A DNA stretch of 64,000 nucleotides from assembly GCA_963764725.1 (NCBI GenBank), contig CAVXTM010000004.1, forward strand, positions 12,095 to 76,094. Direction: 5' to 3'. The position numbers and the translations under genes are program-made. The notes beneath the pieces were generated by a model that had not been told where the DNA came from, searched no databases, and saw nothing but the letters and a program-made list of their open reading frames with translations. This document shows positions 20,094 through 31,895 of the stretch, piece by piece. Position 1 is the first letter of the stretch. Each line of letters starts with the position of its first letter. The stretch is from an uncultured Gammaproteobacteria bacterium. Lineage in GTDB: Bacteria; Pseudomonadota; Gammaproteobacteria; JACCXJ01.

Positions 20094-21542
20094 ATGGGAC
20101 TTTTCGGCATTCTTCTCGCTCTCGGTCTCTTGGTCTGGCTGGCGTATCGGGGCTGGAGCGTGCTTCTTCTCGCTCCAGCCGCCGCCGTCCTCGCGGCAGG
20201 ATTGGCCGGAGAGCCGCTGCTCGCCCACTGGACGCAAACCTTCATGGGGAGCGCCGCGCGCTTCATCATGCAGTTCTTCCCGATTTTTCTCCTCGGCGCC
20301 CTGTTCGGCAAACTGATGGCGGACAGCGGCTCCGTGTCGGCCATCGCCAGCGTCATGACCGAGCGCCTCGGCGCAAAGCGGGCGGTGCTGGCGGTGGTGC
20401 TCGCTGGTGCTCTCGTCACCTATGGCGGCGTCAGCCTCTTCGTCGCCTTCTTCGTGCTCGCCCCCATGGCGCATGAGCTATTTCGCGCAGCCGCAATCCC
20501 GAAGCGGCTGATGCCGGCGGCGATCGCGCTCGGCACATCGACCTTCACCATGTCGGCGCTGCCCGGAACGCCTGCGATCCAGAACGCGATCCCAATGCCG
20601 TTTTTCGGCACCACGCCGTTCGCGGCGCCGGGCCTTGGCGTCATCGCCTCGATCATCATGCTGGGGTTCGGCCTTTGGTGGCTTGCCCGCGTTGAGGCCA
20701 AGGCTCGCCGCAAGGGCGAAGGCTATGGGACGGAAGCACCCGCCGAAGATGCGGCGGAGGATCCGACCGTCCGCGAGCGCGCAACGACCTCCAGCACGTT
20801 CGATCCTGCGGAGATTCGCCACGGCCATCAAAGCGATGCAGCTCCATCCATTGCCCTGGCCGTTTTGCCGCTCGCCGTTGTGGTCGGCGTCAATCTCTTG
20901 ATGTCGCTGTTTGTATTGCCTCGTCTCGACGCTTCTTATCTCGCCGACGAGGCTTGGGGTTCGACATCGCTGTCCGCCGTCGGAGGCGTGTGGGCGGTTG
21001 TGACCGCGCTCGCGGCCGCCATCATCATCCTGATCGCAGTCAACTATCGGCGTCTGCCCGCGCTGCGCGCGAGCATGGACGCCGGCGCCAACGCATCCGC
21101 CCTGCCCGTGTTGAGCGTCGCCAGCCTCGTCGGCTTTGGCTCGGTCATCGCGGCCCTTCCCGCCTTCGCGATGGTGCGCGATTGGGTGCTGGGAATCGAG
21201 GGCGGTCCGCTGGTTTCGCTGGCGGTGGCGACGAACGTGCTCGCCTCACTCACCGGGTCGGCGTCGGGCGGACTGACGATCGCGCTCACCGCGCTCGGCG
21301 AGACCTATATGCGCCTTGCCGGCCAGATGGGCATCGACCCGGGGCTGATGCACCGCGTCGCCGTCATCGGCGCGGGCACGCTCGACAGTCTGCCGCACAA
21401 CGGAGCGGTGGTTACCCTGCTTGCAGTCTGCAATTCGACCCATCGCGAGAGCTATCTCGACATCGTCATGGTGTCCATCGTCGGCGGCCTGCTCGCGCTC
21501 GCCGCTGTGATTGGGTTGGGAACTGCTTTCGGATCGTTCTAG
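20094..21542 (+). CDS. GntP-family permease (3-hydroxybutyrate permease-like)
   Basis: LLGALFGKLM, YGGVSLFV, PGTPAIQNAIP, TGSASGG, DSLPHNGAV; starts 3 bp after the patatin gene. Confidence 0.9.
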   Translation: MGLFGILLALGLLVWLAYRGWSVLLLAPAAAVLAAGLAGEPLLAHWTQTFMGSAARFIMQFFPIFLLGALFGKLMADSGSVSAIASVMTERLGAKRAVLAVVLAGALVTYGGVSLFVAFFVLAPMAHELFRAAAIPKRLMPAAIALGTSTFTMSALPGTPAIQNAIPMPFFGTTPFAAPGLGVIASIIMLGFGLWWLARVEAKARRKGEGYGTEAPAEDAAEDPTVRERATTSSTFDPAEIRHGHQSDAAPSIALAVLPLAVVVGVNLLMSLFVLPRLDASYLADEAWGSTSLSAVGGVWAVVTALAAAIIILIAVNYRRLPALRASMDAGANASALPVLSVASLVGFGSVIAALPAFAMVRDWVLGIEGGPLVSLAVATNVLASLTGSASGGLTIALTALGETYMRLAGQMGIDPGLMHRVAVIGAGTLDSLPHNGAVVTLLAVCNSTHRESYLDIVMVSIVGGLLALAAVIGLGTAFGSF

Positions 21543-21872
21543 AATTTCGCCCTCAGGCCGCAGCGCGCTCCCGCGCAGGCTCCTTGACGCGGAACCAAGC
21601 GACGTAAAGTGCGGGCAGGACGATCAACCGACGCCATTTTCTGCTAATACTCGTCAATATTTATGCAACTGGAAGGTTAACCAATCCGCTCGCTCCCAGT
21701 CACCGTTGACGTAGAAGAAAAAGTGCGTTAGAAATTCTTATCCGCGTCAGTTTTCAAAAATATCTCAATCCGCGATCTTGTGCTGTATGTTTGTGAGAAC
21801 AGGTATGGCTTCATTTGACGTATCGGGAAGTCGGTTAAAAATTGGCGTTAAATTTCTACTAGAGGCTGGCAT

Positions 21873-24500
21873 ATGAAGCAAGACCTAGGGGAAGCTGTAA
21901 AAGAGGCCAATGACATCTTAGCGGGCAAACGATCCACGCCGGATGAATTGCTGAAACTGGTGAGTAGCCTGCACAAAAATCGGCAGTTTGGGCTGGCGCG
22001 CAAGCTCCTCGACCACTACAGCGGCGATCGCCGAGTGACCAGTGATCCAAAGCTCCGCCTGAAGTTTGCCCAAAAGCGTGCGCTCTCCACATATAAAGAT
22101 CCTGATCTCCAAGCTGATAAAAAGCTGGAACGGGCACTGCAAATCCTGAAAGAGGCAGATGATCTCGGCAAGACGAAAGATCAAGAAACACTTGGGCAAG
22201 CCGGCGCCATCTACAAGCGTCTCTGGGAACTCACCGCGCAAGAGCGGCATCTGAAAACATCTCTTAGCTACTACCTTCGAGGCTACAATGAAGGCGTGAA
22301 GTCGGATTATGGATATACCGCCATCAATGCTGCCTTCGTGCATGATCAGCTAGCAGACCTGGAAGCTCCGGAATTTCAGCTTCCGGATGGCCTTGGCGGA
22401 ACAGTACCGCGGCAACTATGGGAACAGGCGCGGGCTATTCGAGAATCTATCGTGGTGACCCTCCCCAGCCTGCCTGAAGAGCTTGGGCAGACGTGGCTTA
22501 ATGAGACTTGGTGGTTTTTGGCCACAGTCGGCGAGGCCTATTTCGGTCTCGGTAACTACGAAGAAGCCGGAAAATGGTTGATGAGGGCTGCAGCGCTTTC
22601 GGACGTGTCTGACTGGGAGCGTGAAAGTACTGCCCGGCAGCTTGCCACCTTATTGCGGCTCCAGCAACGCGCAGTTGAGCGCAACGGTGGACGGATTGAC
22701 CCGGGTGCTGAGAAAGTGCTCAGAGAGTTCCTCGGCAACAGCTATGCGGCGATGACCTCGGTTATCCAAGGCAAAGTCGGGCTGGCGTTATCAGGGGGAG
22801 GTTTCCGGGCTTCTCTCTACCACATCGGCGTACTGGCCAAGCTCGCGGAGCTCGATCTACTGCGTCATGTGGAGTACCTCTCCTGTGTGTCCGGGGGATC
22901 AATCATCGGGGCACATTATTACTTGGAAGTACGCAAGCTGCTCCAAGAAAAAGCTGACCAGGAGATCAAACGGGAAGACTATATCAATATGGTCATGCGG
23001 ATTTCCGAACAGTTTCTCGAAGGCGTGGAGCGCAATATCCGCACGTGGATCGCCGCCGAGTGGAAGACCAATCTAAAAATGATATATGCGCGAGATTACT
23101 CGCGCACGATGCGCGCGGGCGAGCTGTATGAGACGGAGCTCTATTCGAAAGTAGCGGACGGCGAAGGCGATAAGGAGCGATGGCTCAACGAGCTGAAAAT
23201 CTTTCCGAAAGGCGAACCCGGATTTATGCCAAAGGATCATAACTGGCGCCGCTCGGCCAAAGTCCCGATCCTCATCCTGAATGCTACCACACTCAACACC
23301 GGCCACAACTGGCAGTTCACCGCTACCTGGATGGGCGAGCCGCCCGCCTCCATCAACTCTGAAGTCGATGCCAACTACCGACTGCGGCGTATGTACTATG
23401 AGGATGCTCCGGAACCGCACAAGCGTATGCGCCTTGGCTACGCGGTCGCCGCCTCAGCCTGTGTGCCCGGCATCTTTGAGCCGCTCCCTCTCGTTGACCT
23501 CTATGAACGGATACCCCAGGACGGCAATTCCAGAATTCGGCCTATAGTGAGGCTTGTGGATGGCGGCGTACACGATAATCAGGGTATAGCTGCGCTCTTG
23601 GAACAGAGCTGCTCGGTGATGCTGGTCAGCGACGCCAGTGGTCAGATGGAAGCCCAAGACTTTCCTAAAAATAGCCTGCTTGGTGTGCCCCTGCGGGCAA
23701 ACAACATCTTACAAGCGCGCGTTCGCGTAAGCCAGTTTCAGGATCTGGATGGGCGACAGCGTGGCGGCTTGCTAAAAGGCCTGATGTTCGTACATCTCAA
23801 AAAAGATCTCGAAACCATGCCGGTAGATTGGATCGATTCCCAGGATCCTTCTATCCCCCAGCGGCTATCTCCATTGACCAGCTATGGTGTCCAGCGATCC
23901 GTACAGCGTCGACTCGCAGCGATCCGCACTGATCTGGATTCCTTTTCGGAAGCCGAAGCCTATGCACTCATGACCGACGGTTACCTGATGACTGAACAGG
24001 CGTTGAAAGAGCCTGATGCCCTCGGTTTCCCGGTAAAGCAGGAGAGTCGCGAACCGTGGAAGTTCTTGCAAATCGAGCCTCTGATAAAGCAGCCCGGCGC
24101 CGATAACCCGCTACTTCTGCAGCTTAAGGTTGCCGATAAGCTCTTCTTCAAGGTTTGGCTATTAGTGCGATGGTTGCAGCTAGCGGCAGGCGTGATAGTT
24201 TTGTTGTTGCTGGTAATGCTTGGCTATGCGCTGTGGGGATGGTGGACCAAGCAGATCATCAGCTTGACCGTAGGGGGTGCTGTTCTGGCTGTGGCCACGA
24301 CCGCTCTGACTATGGCCGGCCTTGCCATCATTTTCAGAATCCTCAATTACCGCAAGACCCTCCAGGAGGTGCTGATCGGTTTGGGCATGGTGTCTGTCGG
24401 CACATTAGTGGCCCGTCTTCATCTGCATGTATTTGACCGGCTGTTCCTTTGGCAGGGCAGGCTGGAGAGATTGCTCACGAAGCCAGCCGGTAATGTTTAA
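21873..24500 (+). CDS. Fusion of a TPR (MAP3K TRAF-binding/TPR-S-like) domain, a patatin/cPLA2-like lipase and C-terminal TM helices
   Basis: ETLGQAGAIYKRLWE, YLRGY, YTAINAA, WWFLATVGEAYFGLG; lipase LSGGGFRA, SCVSGGS, DGGVHDNQG; three hydrophobic C-terminal helices. Confidence 0.85.
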   Translation: MKQDLGEAVKEANDILAGKRSTPDELLKLVSSLHKNRQFGLARKLLDHYSGDRRVTSDPKLRLKFAQKRALSTYKDPDLQADKKLERALQILKEADDLGKTKDQETLGQAGAIYKRLWELTAQERHLKTSLSYYLRGYNEGVKSDYGYTAINAAFVHDQLADLEAPEFQLPDGLGGTVPRQLWEQARAIRESIVVTLPSLPEELGQTWLNETWWFLATVGEAYFGLGNYEEAGKWLMRAAALSDVSDWERESTARQLATLLRLQQRAVERNGGRIDPGAEKVLREFLGNSYAAMTSVIQGKVGLALSGGGFRASLYHIGVLAKLAELDLLRHVEYLSCVSGGSIIGAHYYLEVRKLLQEKADQEIKREDYINMVMRISEQFLEGVERNIRTWIAAEWKTNLKMIYARDYSRTMRAGELYETELYSKVADGEGDKERWLNELKIFPKGEPGFMPKDHNWRRSAKVPILILNATTLNTGHNWQFTATWMGEPPASINSEVDANYRLRRMYYEDAPEPHKRMRLGYAVAASACVPGIFEPLPLVDLYERIPQDGNSRIRPIVRLVDGGVHDNQGIAALLEQSCSVMLVSDASGQMEAQDFPKNSLLGVPLRANNILQARVRVSQFQDLDGRQRGGLLKGLMFVHLKKDLETMPVDWIDSQDPSIPQRLSPLTSYGVQRSVQRRLAAIRTDLDSFSEAEAYALMTDGYLMTEQALKEPDALGFPVKQESREPWKFLQIEPLIKQPGADNPLLLQLKVADKLFFKVWLLVRWLQLAAGVIVLLLLVMLGYALWGWWTKQIISLTVGGAVLAVATTALTMAGLAIIFRILNYRKTLQEVLIGLGMVSVGTLVARLHLHVFDRLFLWQGRLERLLTKPAGNV
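24013..24140 (+). repeat. About 127 bp segment of the TPR-patatin gene, repeated at 29895-30021
   Basis: Direct comparison (ctgatgccctcggtttcccggt...gccgataag) shows only a few substitutions and one indel. Confidence 0.95.
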
Positions 24501-24528
24501 ATCTGTTGTTGCAAGATGTATTGGCCGA

Positions 24529-24566
24529 CGTGTTTGACAGCTAATAGGTTCGGTCGTATCTTCCCT
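24529..24566 (+). promoter_or_regulatory. Sigma70-like promoter TTGACA-17-TATCTT, copy 1
   Basis: cgtgtTTGACAgctaataggttcggtcgTATCTTccct; near-identical copy at 31896-31934. Confidence 0.75.
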
Positions 24567-24659
24567 TAATCCAGAGCACTCACTCGGGGAGTATCGGGAC
24601 AGTATGAGATCAACCTTCCGCTTCGGACCCGATCCCGACGATTTTCACGGAGCACGCGG

Positions 24660-27401
24660 GTGAGCACGGCGGTGGACGTCGGATCCGAGGTCGAAGTCAC
24701 GCCTTGGCATGCCCTGCCTGCGGAGGAAGTGGCTCACCGGCTGGACACCAAGGCCGAGTCGGGTCTCGACGCCGGCGAAGTCTCGCGCCGCCTCGAGAAG
24801 TACGGCCGCAACCGCTTGCCGGAAGGGGTGAAGCGGGGCCCCTGCTGCGATTCCTGCTGCAGTTCAACAACATCCTCGTCTACGTCCTGCTCGCCGCCGG
24901 GTTCGTCAAGCTGATGCTCGGCCTGTGGCTCGACGCGTCGGTCATCCTGGGCGTCGTCATCCTCAACGCGCTGCTCGGGTTCATCCAGGAGGGAAGGGCG
25001 GAGAAGGCCCTGGATTCGATCCGCAACATGCTCTCCGCGGAGGCCCGGACCGTGCGCGACGGGGAGACCCGGCTGATCCCGGCCGAGGAGCTGGTGCCGG
25101 GCGACGTCGTGCTCCTCGAATCGGGCGACCGGATCCCGGCGGACCTTCGCCTCGTCGACGTGAAGAACCTGCGGACGGAAGAGGCGGCGCTCACGGGCGA
25201 GTCGGTTCCCGCGGACAAGTCCACGGACGCCGTGGCCGCCAACGCGACGGTCGGCGATCGCGACGGCATGGCCTTTTCCGGAACGCTGGTGGTGTCCGGT
25301 CGCGCGACGGGAGTCGTCGTCGGCACGGGGAGCGACACCGAGCTGGGTCGCATCAACCAGATGCTCGCCGCCGTCAGCCCGCTCGAGACGCCGCTGCTGC
25401 GGCAGATCAAGAAGTTCGGCTACGCGATCACCGCGGTCATCGGCGTGGTGAGCGTTCTGGTGTTCGCCTACGGCAGATGGGTGCAGGGCATGCCGTTCGT
25501 GGAGCTCTTCCAGGCGGTGGTCAGCATCGCGGTGTCGATCATTCCGGAGGGGCTGCCCGCGCTCATCACCATCACGCTCGCGATCGGCGTGCAGCGCATG
25601 GCCCAACGCAACGCCATCATCCGGCGCCTGCCGGCCGTGGAGACGCTGGGCTCGGTCTCGCGGATCTGCTCCGACAAGACGGGCACGCTCACGCTGATGG
25701 AGATGATGGTGGTCTCGGCCGTCACGGCCGATTCGGCGTACACGGTGACCGGCGACGGCTACGCGCCCGAGGGCGAGGTCCTGAAGGATGGAAAGCCCGC
25801 CGGCGAGGATCCCGTGCTGAGGCTCATGGGGCGCGTCTCCATGCTCTGCAACGATGCGGAGCTGCGCCAGGAGGAAGGCGTCTGGAAGGTCGAGGGCGAT
25901 CCGACCGAGGGGGCGCTCTACCCGTTCGCATCCAAGCTCGGGCTCGAACGGCAGGCCGAACAGACGGCGTATCCCCGGATCGACGCCATCCCGTTCGAAT
26001 CGGAGCACCGGTTCATGGCGACGCTGCACAAGGACGGGCGGCGGCAAGCAGATGCTCCTGGTCAAAGGCGCGCCGGAAGTCATCCTCGAGCACTGCGATC
26101 GGCAGGCGACCAGGAGCGGACAGCCGGCGCCGATCGATCGCGACCATTGGATGAAGGCGTCGGACCAGCTCGCGGCGCAGGGCGAGCGCGTGCTGGCCCT
26201 CGCGTGGCTGGAGAATCCGGGCCTCGAGGCGGGCAACCTCGGTCCGGCGGACCTGCCGAAGAACCTGGTCCTGCTCGGCCTGATCGGGCTGCTCGATCCG
26301 CCGCGCAAGGAGGCGATCGAGGCGGTGAAGGAATGCCACGCCGGCGGCATCCGCGTGACGATGATCACCGGCGATCACAAGATCACCGCGGCGGCGATCG
26401 CCAAGATGCTCGGCATCGGCGACGGCAAGACGGCGATCACCGGGGCCGAGATCGAGGAGATGGACACCGCCACGCTGCAGGAGCGGGTCCGCGACGTCGA
26501 CGTGTTCGCGCGCTCGAGCCCCGAGCACAAGCTGCGTCTCGTGAAGGCGATCCAGGCGAACAGGCAGATCGTGGCGATGACCGGCGACGGGGTGAACGAC
26601 GCGCCGGCCCTCAAGAAGGCCGACATCGGCGTCGCGATGGGGATCAAGGGCACCGAGGTCACCAAGGAGGCGGCCGAGATGGTGCTCGCCGACGACAACT
26701 TCGCCTCGATCACGGCGGCCGTCCGCGAAGGGCGCACGGTCTACAACAACATCGAGAAGGCGATCCTCTTCATGCTGCCGACGAACGTCGCCCAGGGGCT
26801 GGTCATCCTGGTGGCGATCTTCGTGGGCTTCACCGCGCCGATCACCGCGCCGCAGATCCTGTGGGTCAACATGGTGACGTCGGTCGCGCTCGGGCTCGTC
26901 ATCTCCTTCGAGCCGCACGAGCTCGACGTCATGCAGCGGCCGCCGCGCGCGGTCGATCGTCCGATCCTGGACGGCTTCGGGATCTGGCGCGTCGTCTTCG
27001 TCGGTCTGGCGCTGCTCGCGCTCACCTTGTGGGCGTTCTTCTGGATGAAGTCCCAGGACGCATCGGACGAGCTCGCCCGGGCGGTCGCGGTGAACGCGCT
27101 GGTGATCGGCCAGATCTTCTATCTGCTCAACAGCCGCTACAAGCTGGACTCGTCGCTGTCCCTCAAGGCGCATCTCGGCAACCAGTACCTGCCGCTGGGC
27201 ATCGGCGCGGTGGTGATCCTGCAGCTCCTGTTCACCTATGCGCCTCCGCTCCAGGCTCTGTTCGACACCGAGGCGGTACCGCTCCGGATCTGGCCGTGGC
27301 TCTTCCTCGGAGGCCTGCTGTTCTTCCTCGTCGTGGAGGTCGAGAAGCTGGTGATTCGCGCCGCCCGCGGTTCCCCGCGCCGCGACCCGGCCCCGGCGTA
27401 G
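24660..27401 (+). CDS. Cation-transporting P-type ATPase (P2A-like), frameshifts near 24840 and 26035
   Basis: TGES, PEGL, DKTGT, KGAPE, TGDGVNDAPALKKADIG spread over three frames. Confidence 0.92.
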
Positions 27402-27425
27402 ACGGAAGGACGCGAGGCGACACCG

Positions 27426-28217
27426 ATGGCGATCGACGAGCCGATGAAGCGAGCGGAATACGAGAAGGCGCTGCGCGAGCTGCAGGTCGAGCTGTGCGCG
27501 CTGCAGGACTGGGTCAAGGAGCACGGTCAGCGGGTGGTCGTGGTCTTCGAGGGGCGCGACGCCGCCGGCAAAGGCGGCACGATCAAGGCCATCACCGAGC
27601 GCGTGAGCCCGCGCGTCTTCCGCGTGGTGGCGCTGCCGGCGCCTTCCGACCGCGAGAGGTCGCAGATCTACATGCAGCGCTTCCTCGAGCACTTCCCGGC
27701 CGCGGGCGAGATCGTGATATTCGACCGCAGCTGGTACAACCGGGCCGGGGTCGAGTACGTGATGGGATTCTGCTCGAAGGCCCAGCACCGTCGCTTCCTC
27801 GTGATCTGCCCCGAGTTCGAGAGGTATGTCGTCGACGACGGCATCCTGCTGATCAAGTACTGGCTCGAGGTGAGCGAGGGGGAGCAGAAGCGCCGCTTCG
27901 AGGCGCGCATCACCGATCCGCTGCGCCAGTGGAAGCTGAGTCCGACGGATCTGTGCTCGCGGAGCCGGTGGTTCGAGTATTCGCGGGCGCGCGACACGAT
28001 GCTCGAGGCCACGGATACGGAGTTCGCGCCTTGGTACATCGTCCCCTCGGACGACAAGCGGCGCGCGCGGCTCAACTGCATCAGTCACCTGCTCGGCCTG
28101 ATCCCTTACAAGAAGGTGCCCCGCAAGAAGGTGAAGCTTCCCGCGCGCTCGAGAAAGGCCGCCTACGACGACCAGGCGACGCTCGAGAGCAGGCGTTTCG
28201 TTCCCGCGAAGTACTAG
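27426..28217 (+). CDS. ppk2: Polyphosphate kinase 2
   Basis: FEGRDAAGKGG, FDRSWYNRAGVE, WKLSP. Confidence 0.95.
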   Translation: MAIDEPMKRAEYEKALRELQVELCALQDWVKEHGQRVVVVFEGRDAAGKGGTIKAITERVSPRVFRVVALPAPSDRERSQIYMQRFLEHFPAAGEIVIFDRSWYNRAGVEYVMGFCSKAQHRRFLVICPEFERYVVDDGILLIKYWLEVSEGEQKRRFEARITDPLRQWKLSPTDLCSRSRWFEYSRARDTMLEATDTEFAPWYIVPSDDKRRARLNCISHLLGLIPYKKVPRKKVKLPARSRKAAYDDQATLESRRFVPAKY

Positions 28218-28228
28218 GAGCGCGCTCG

Positions 28229-29796
28229 GTGGACGCCTCCTCAGCCGTCGTCACGCTCCTGGGTGGGCTCGGCATGTTCCTGCTCGGGATCCATCACCTC
28301 ACCGAGGGCCTGAAGGATCTCGCGGGCGACTCGCTGCGCCGCGCGCTCCAGAGGCTCGTCTCCGGGCCGCTCAGCGCCATCGCGTCGGGCGTGGTCTTCA
28401 CCGTCCTGATCCAGTCCTCGACCGCGGCCATCCTCACCGTCATCGGCTTCGTCAGCGCGGGACTGATGACGTTCGCGCAGGCGATCGGCGTGATCATGGG
28501 CGCGACGCTCGGCACGACCTCGACGCCGTGGATGGTGGCGTTCTTCGGCTTTCGCGTGAGGATCGCGAGCTTCGCCATGCCCATCCTCGGTGTCGGCGCC
28601 CTGCTGTGGCTCGTCGCCAAGGGCCGGACGCGATCGCTCGGCGCGCTGCTCGCGGGCTTCGGGCTGCTCTTCACCGGGATCGACTACATGCAGACGGGGA
28701 TGGAGGGCGTCTCGTGGAACTTCGAGCGTTCACCGGCCCCGGCTCGATGTGGATCCTCGCCGGGATCGGGATCGTCATGACGATCGTCATGCAGAGCTCG
28801 AGCGCAGCCGCTGCGACGACGCTCGTGGCCTTGAATGCGGGCGCGCTGACCTTCGAGCAGGGCTGCGCGCTGATCGTCGGGCAGAGCATCGGAACGACCG
28901 GCGACGACCGCGCTGGTGATGATCGGCGCGGGCCTCGCGGTGCGGCGCGCGGCGCTGGCGCACATCCTCTTCAGCTCGATCGCCGGCGTCCTCGCTATGG
29001 TGTTGCTCGGGCCGCTCACGGCAGCCGCGGACTGGGTGGGCTCCCGGCTCGACGATCCCGATGGCGTGCTGGCTCTCGCGGCATTCAGCAGCATCTTCAA
29101 GCTCGCGGGCGTCGTCGCGTTCTATCCGTGGCTCGATCACTTCGCGCGGTTCATCTCTCGGATCTCCGGGAACAGGCAGCGAGTCGGCCGTCAGCCGCCT
29201 CGAGCCGACCCTCGCCGAAGCAGGAGGAGCGGTCGCGCTCGAGGCCGCCTGGCGGGCGATCCTGGAGGTCGCGCATGGAGCAGTCGATGCAGTCCGCCGC
29301 CGGCTCGCCGGCGCATCCGTCAACGTACGACCCGCCGAGCGAGGCGGTCCAGCAGATCGAGCACTTCCTCGAATCGCTTTCGCTGGAAACCACCGATCTG
29401 GGCACGATCGGGCCCCGCCTGGTCCGGCTCGTCCACGCGCTCGATCACCTGACGCAGCTGCACGACGACCTCACGCGCATTCCGCCGGCCGTGAGTGGCT
29501 GGCAGCCGCCGGCCAGCTTCGAGGCGGGCTCGCGGGCGCTCGCTGCGTGGCTCGACGCCACCCGGGACCCCGAGGCGGTGCCCGCTCCGGCCACCTTCGA
29601 GGCCGTCGAACGCGCCTCGCAACAGATCGGTGTCGAGTGCAAGGCCGCCCGCGAGAAGATGCTGGAGGACGTCGCTTTGCAACGCACGCCGGCGGCGACG
29701 GCCCGCGCGGCTCTCGACACGCTCGCATGGGCCGACGGCGCCTTCTACCACGCATCGGCTCTGGCCGAATCGCTGAGAATCGCCTCGACCGGATAG
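28229..29796 (+). CDS. Na/Pi cotransporter family protein with several frameshifts
   Basis: GGLGMFLLGI, two QSS(T/S)A repeats, G-(T/S)-(L/I)GTT motifs across frames. Confidence 0.85.
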
Positions 29797-29894
29797 CTGC
29801 CGTTGTCGGCGATAGCCGGGACCCGTCGGCCGTTCCAGGACTTACAAGACGAGCGATCGCGCACGGACGAGTCGTGCCCATATCAGCGCGTGAG

Positions 29895-30021
29895 CTGATG
29901 CCCTCGGTTTCCCGGTAAGCAGGAGAGTCGCGAACCGTGGAAGTTCCTGCAAATCGAGCCTCTGATAAAGCAGTCGGGCGCCGATAACCCGCTACTTCTG
30001 CAGCTTAAGGTCGCCGATAAG
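29895..30021 (+). repeat. Decayed copy of TPR-patatin segment 24013-24140
   Basis: Near-identical sequence. Confidence 0.95.
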
Positions 30022-30301
30022 CGACCTCTCTTCTTGTTCATTTTGTTCACAGTCTTAAAAAGCAGGCAGAGAATCTGTCTGAGCACAAAACCCCGTACGG
30101 GTTTTCAGTGGCGAAAACACCAACCGACAAGGCGCAGAAGAACCACTTATTGCTTCCGTGAGGAGGGTATGGGAAGCTAACGCGCGGTCAAAGGCCTACG
30201 GCGCTTGTCGGGTACCAGTCTATGTATGAAGGGACATTTCATACGGCCCTGCGCGTGGTTCTTTCGAGTCTTGTTTTCGTTGCGCATGCCGGAGGTGACA
30301 C

Positions 30302-31528
30302 ATGGCAGCCATCGATGGTCTGACTGAGGTGGCGGGTTGGGCCGCCCAGGCAGAGAGCACGGCGAGATCCGTCATCTGGCAGGACCAGTCGGCGATCGAT
30401 GCTGCAACGACCAAGGTGGCCCGATCCCTGGCACAGGACCGCGTTGCTCTTAGCAGGCCGGGCCTTTCCGCTGTGGAACCTTCAGACATCTGGCGCCGGC
30501 GGCTGGCCGAAATGGTCGACCCGGACCGGGATCAACGGGGCGACCCGCCTCCGGCGGATCCGGTCGTGGCAGCGGCTCAGGCTGAGGCCAACGCGGACGC
30601 AGCGGTCGCGGTGGCGCGGCTGTCCCTGATAGAGGCCCACCGGGCTGTTCTCGCAGCTCGGAGCTCGGCGTTGCGAGCGGGCGATTCAGAGGCCGTAGCC
30701 GCCGCAGTCCACGGGTACCGGGTTCTGCCGCCGGGCAACCCTGCGCTGCGACACGGTCAGGCGCTCGGCGCCGGTGTGAATGCCGAGTTCGCCAATGTCC
30801 TACATCGCCGCCCGCGGTCGATCCTGATCAGATTGGCCGTCGGCCTGGGCATCGGTCTCGCCTACCTCGGGTTCCTTCGGCTCTTCCACTGGGACACCAA
30901 GTCCGAGATGCTACCGTATCTCGCCATATACGCGTTGTCCGGCGTGATCGGCGGCGTGGTCTGCACCAACGCGCTGAGTTGGGACGCCAGCCGGGTCCGG
31001 ACGGAGTTAACCAGCGGAAGGCGTCTGTGGCACCTGTTGATGAGCAAGAACGCGACGATGTTTCTGCTGGTCGGCGCCGTCGGCGTGGTGCTCAGCGTGC
31101 TGCTGGCCTGGCTGGCCGGAGACTTCGCGACACTCGTCAAGGCGCTCGGCGAGCTGGTAACGATGATGCTGGTCTGGCTCGGCGTTGGAAACGTGTTGTC
31201 GGTGCTCTCGCCCTTGCGTGTGGAACCGCTGAAGGAGCGTCTCTACGACGGCACTCTCAAACCGTTCCTGCTCTCGTTCGCGATCTCCTACGTCGTCGGC
31301 CTAGGGGTCAACCTCATGCTGACCTGGAAGGTGTGGGCGAAGCAATCGATGATCGAAGAGCTCGGCGGTACGTGGGTGCCGGTGCTCATGCTCGTAACGA
31401 GCGCGTTCGTGACCTACCTGCTGCTGACAGTTGCGGCCATCAGCCTGGCCCATCAGCCTCAGATACGTCGGGCCCTGCTGCGAGAGATGGTTGAATACAA
31501 GGCAGTCAAGGCAGGCGGAAGCGGCTGA
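30302..31528 (+). CDS. Hypothetical membrane protein (Ala-rich helical N-terminus plus about six TM segments)
   Basis: GGAGG RBS, 408 aa; resembles actinobacterial permease-like proteins (impression only). Confidence 0.7.
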   Translation: MAAIDGLTEVAGWAAQAESTARSVIWQDQSAIDAATTKVARSLAQDRVALSRPGLSAVEPSDIWRRRLAEMVDPDRDQRGDPPPADPVVAAAQAEANADAAVAVARLSLIEAHRAVLAARSSALRAGDSEAVAAAVHGYRVLPPGNPALRHGQALGAGVNAEFANVLHRRPRSILIRLAVGLGIGLAYLGFLRLFHWDTKSEMLPYLAIYALSGVIGGVVCTNALSWDASRVRTELTSGRRLWHLLMSKNATMFLLVGAVGVVLSVLLAWLAGDFATLVKALGELVTMMLVWLGVGNVLSVLSPLRVEPLKERLYDGTLKPFLLSFAISYVVGLGVNLMLTWKVWAKQSMIEELGGTWVPVLMLVTSAFVTYLLLTVAAISLAHQPQIRRALLREMVEYKAVKAGGSG

Positions 31529-31895
31529 GAGGGCACGCGCCGCGCCAGCAATACTAGACGCACGGCCTTGCCCACGAGTCGTCAAACGGCGCGCCGTCGG
31601 AAGGAACAGGCCAAGCAGAAACAACCACAAAATCGCCGACACGGCTTCGAACTCCCGAAGCTACGGCCGGCGCCGCCTACATTACTCGCCCGGCGATTGT
31701 TAACGAGCGGCTCAAGCGCAATCGCGTAGGCCAACTCGTACTGCAACTCAAGACGGCACCACGCATACTCGCGCCCCAGTTGCGTGCCGCAATTGTCCCG
31801 AGCGCGCCGGCCAACGCGAATGCCTCCTCAGCTGAGCACGGTGACGTAGCCGACCTATAACCCCGACAATTCCCCAATTCTGGACCGAGATAGCG

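Noticed and set aside
24704-28780. 1358 aa ORF that looks like an ATPase-transporter fusion
   Set aside because: Artefact of frameshifts: real ATPase and Na/Pi segments are joined by out-of-frame sequence across ppk2.
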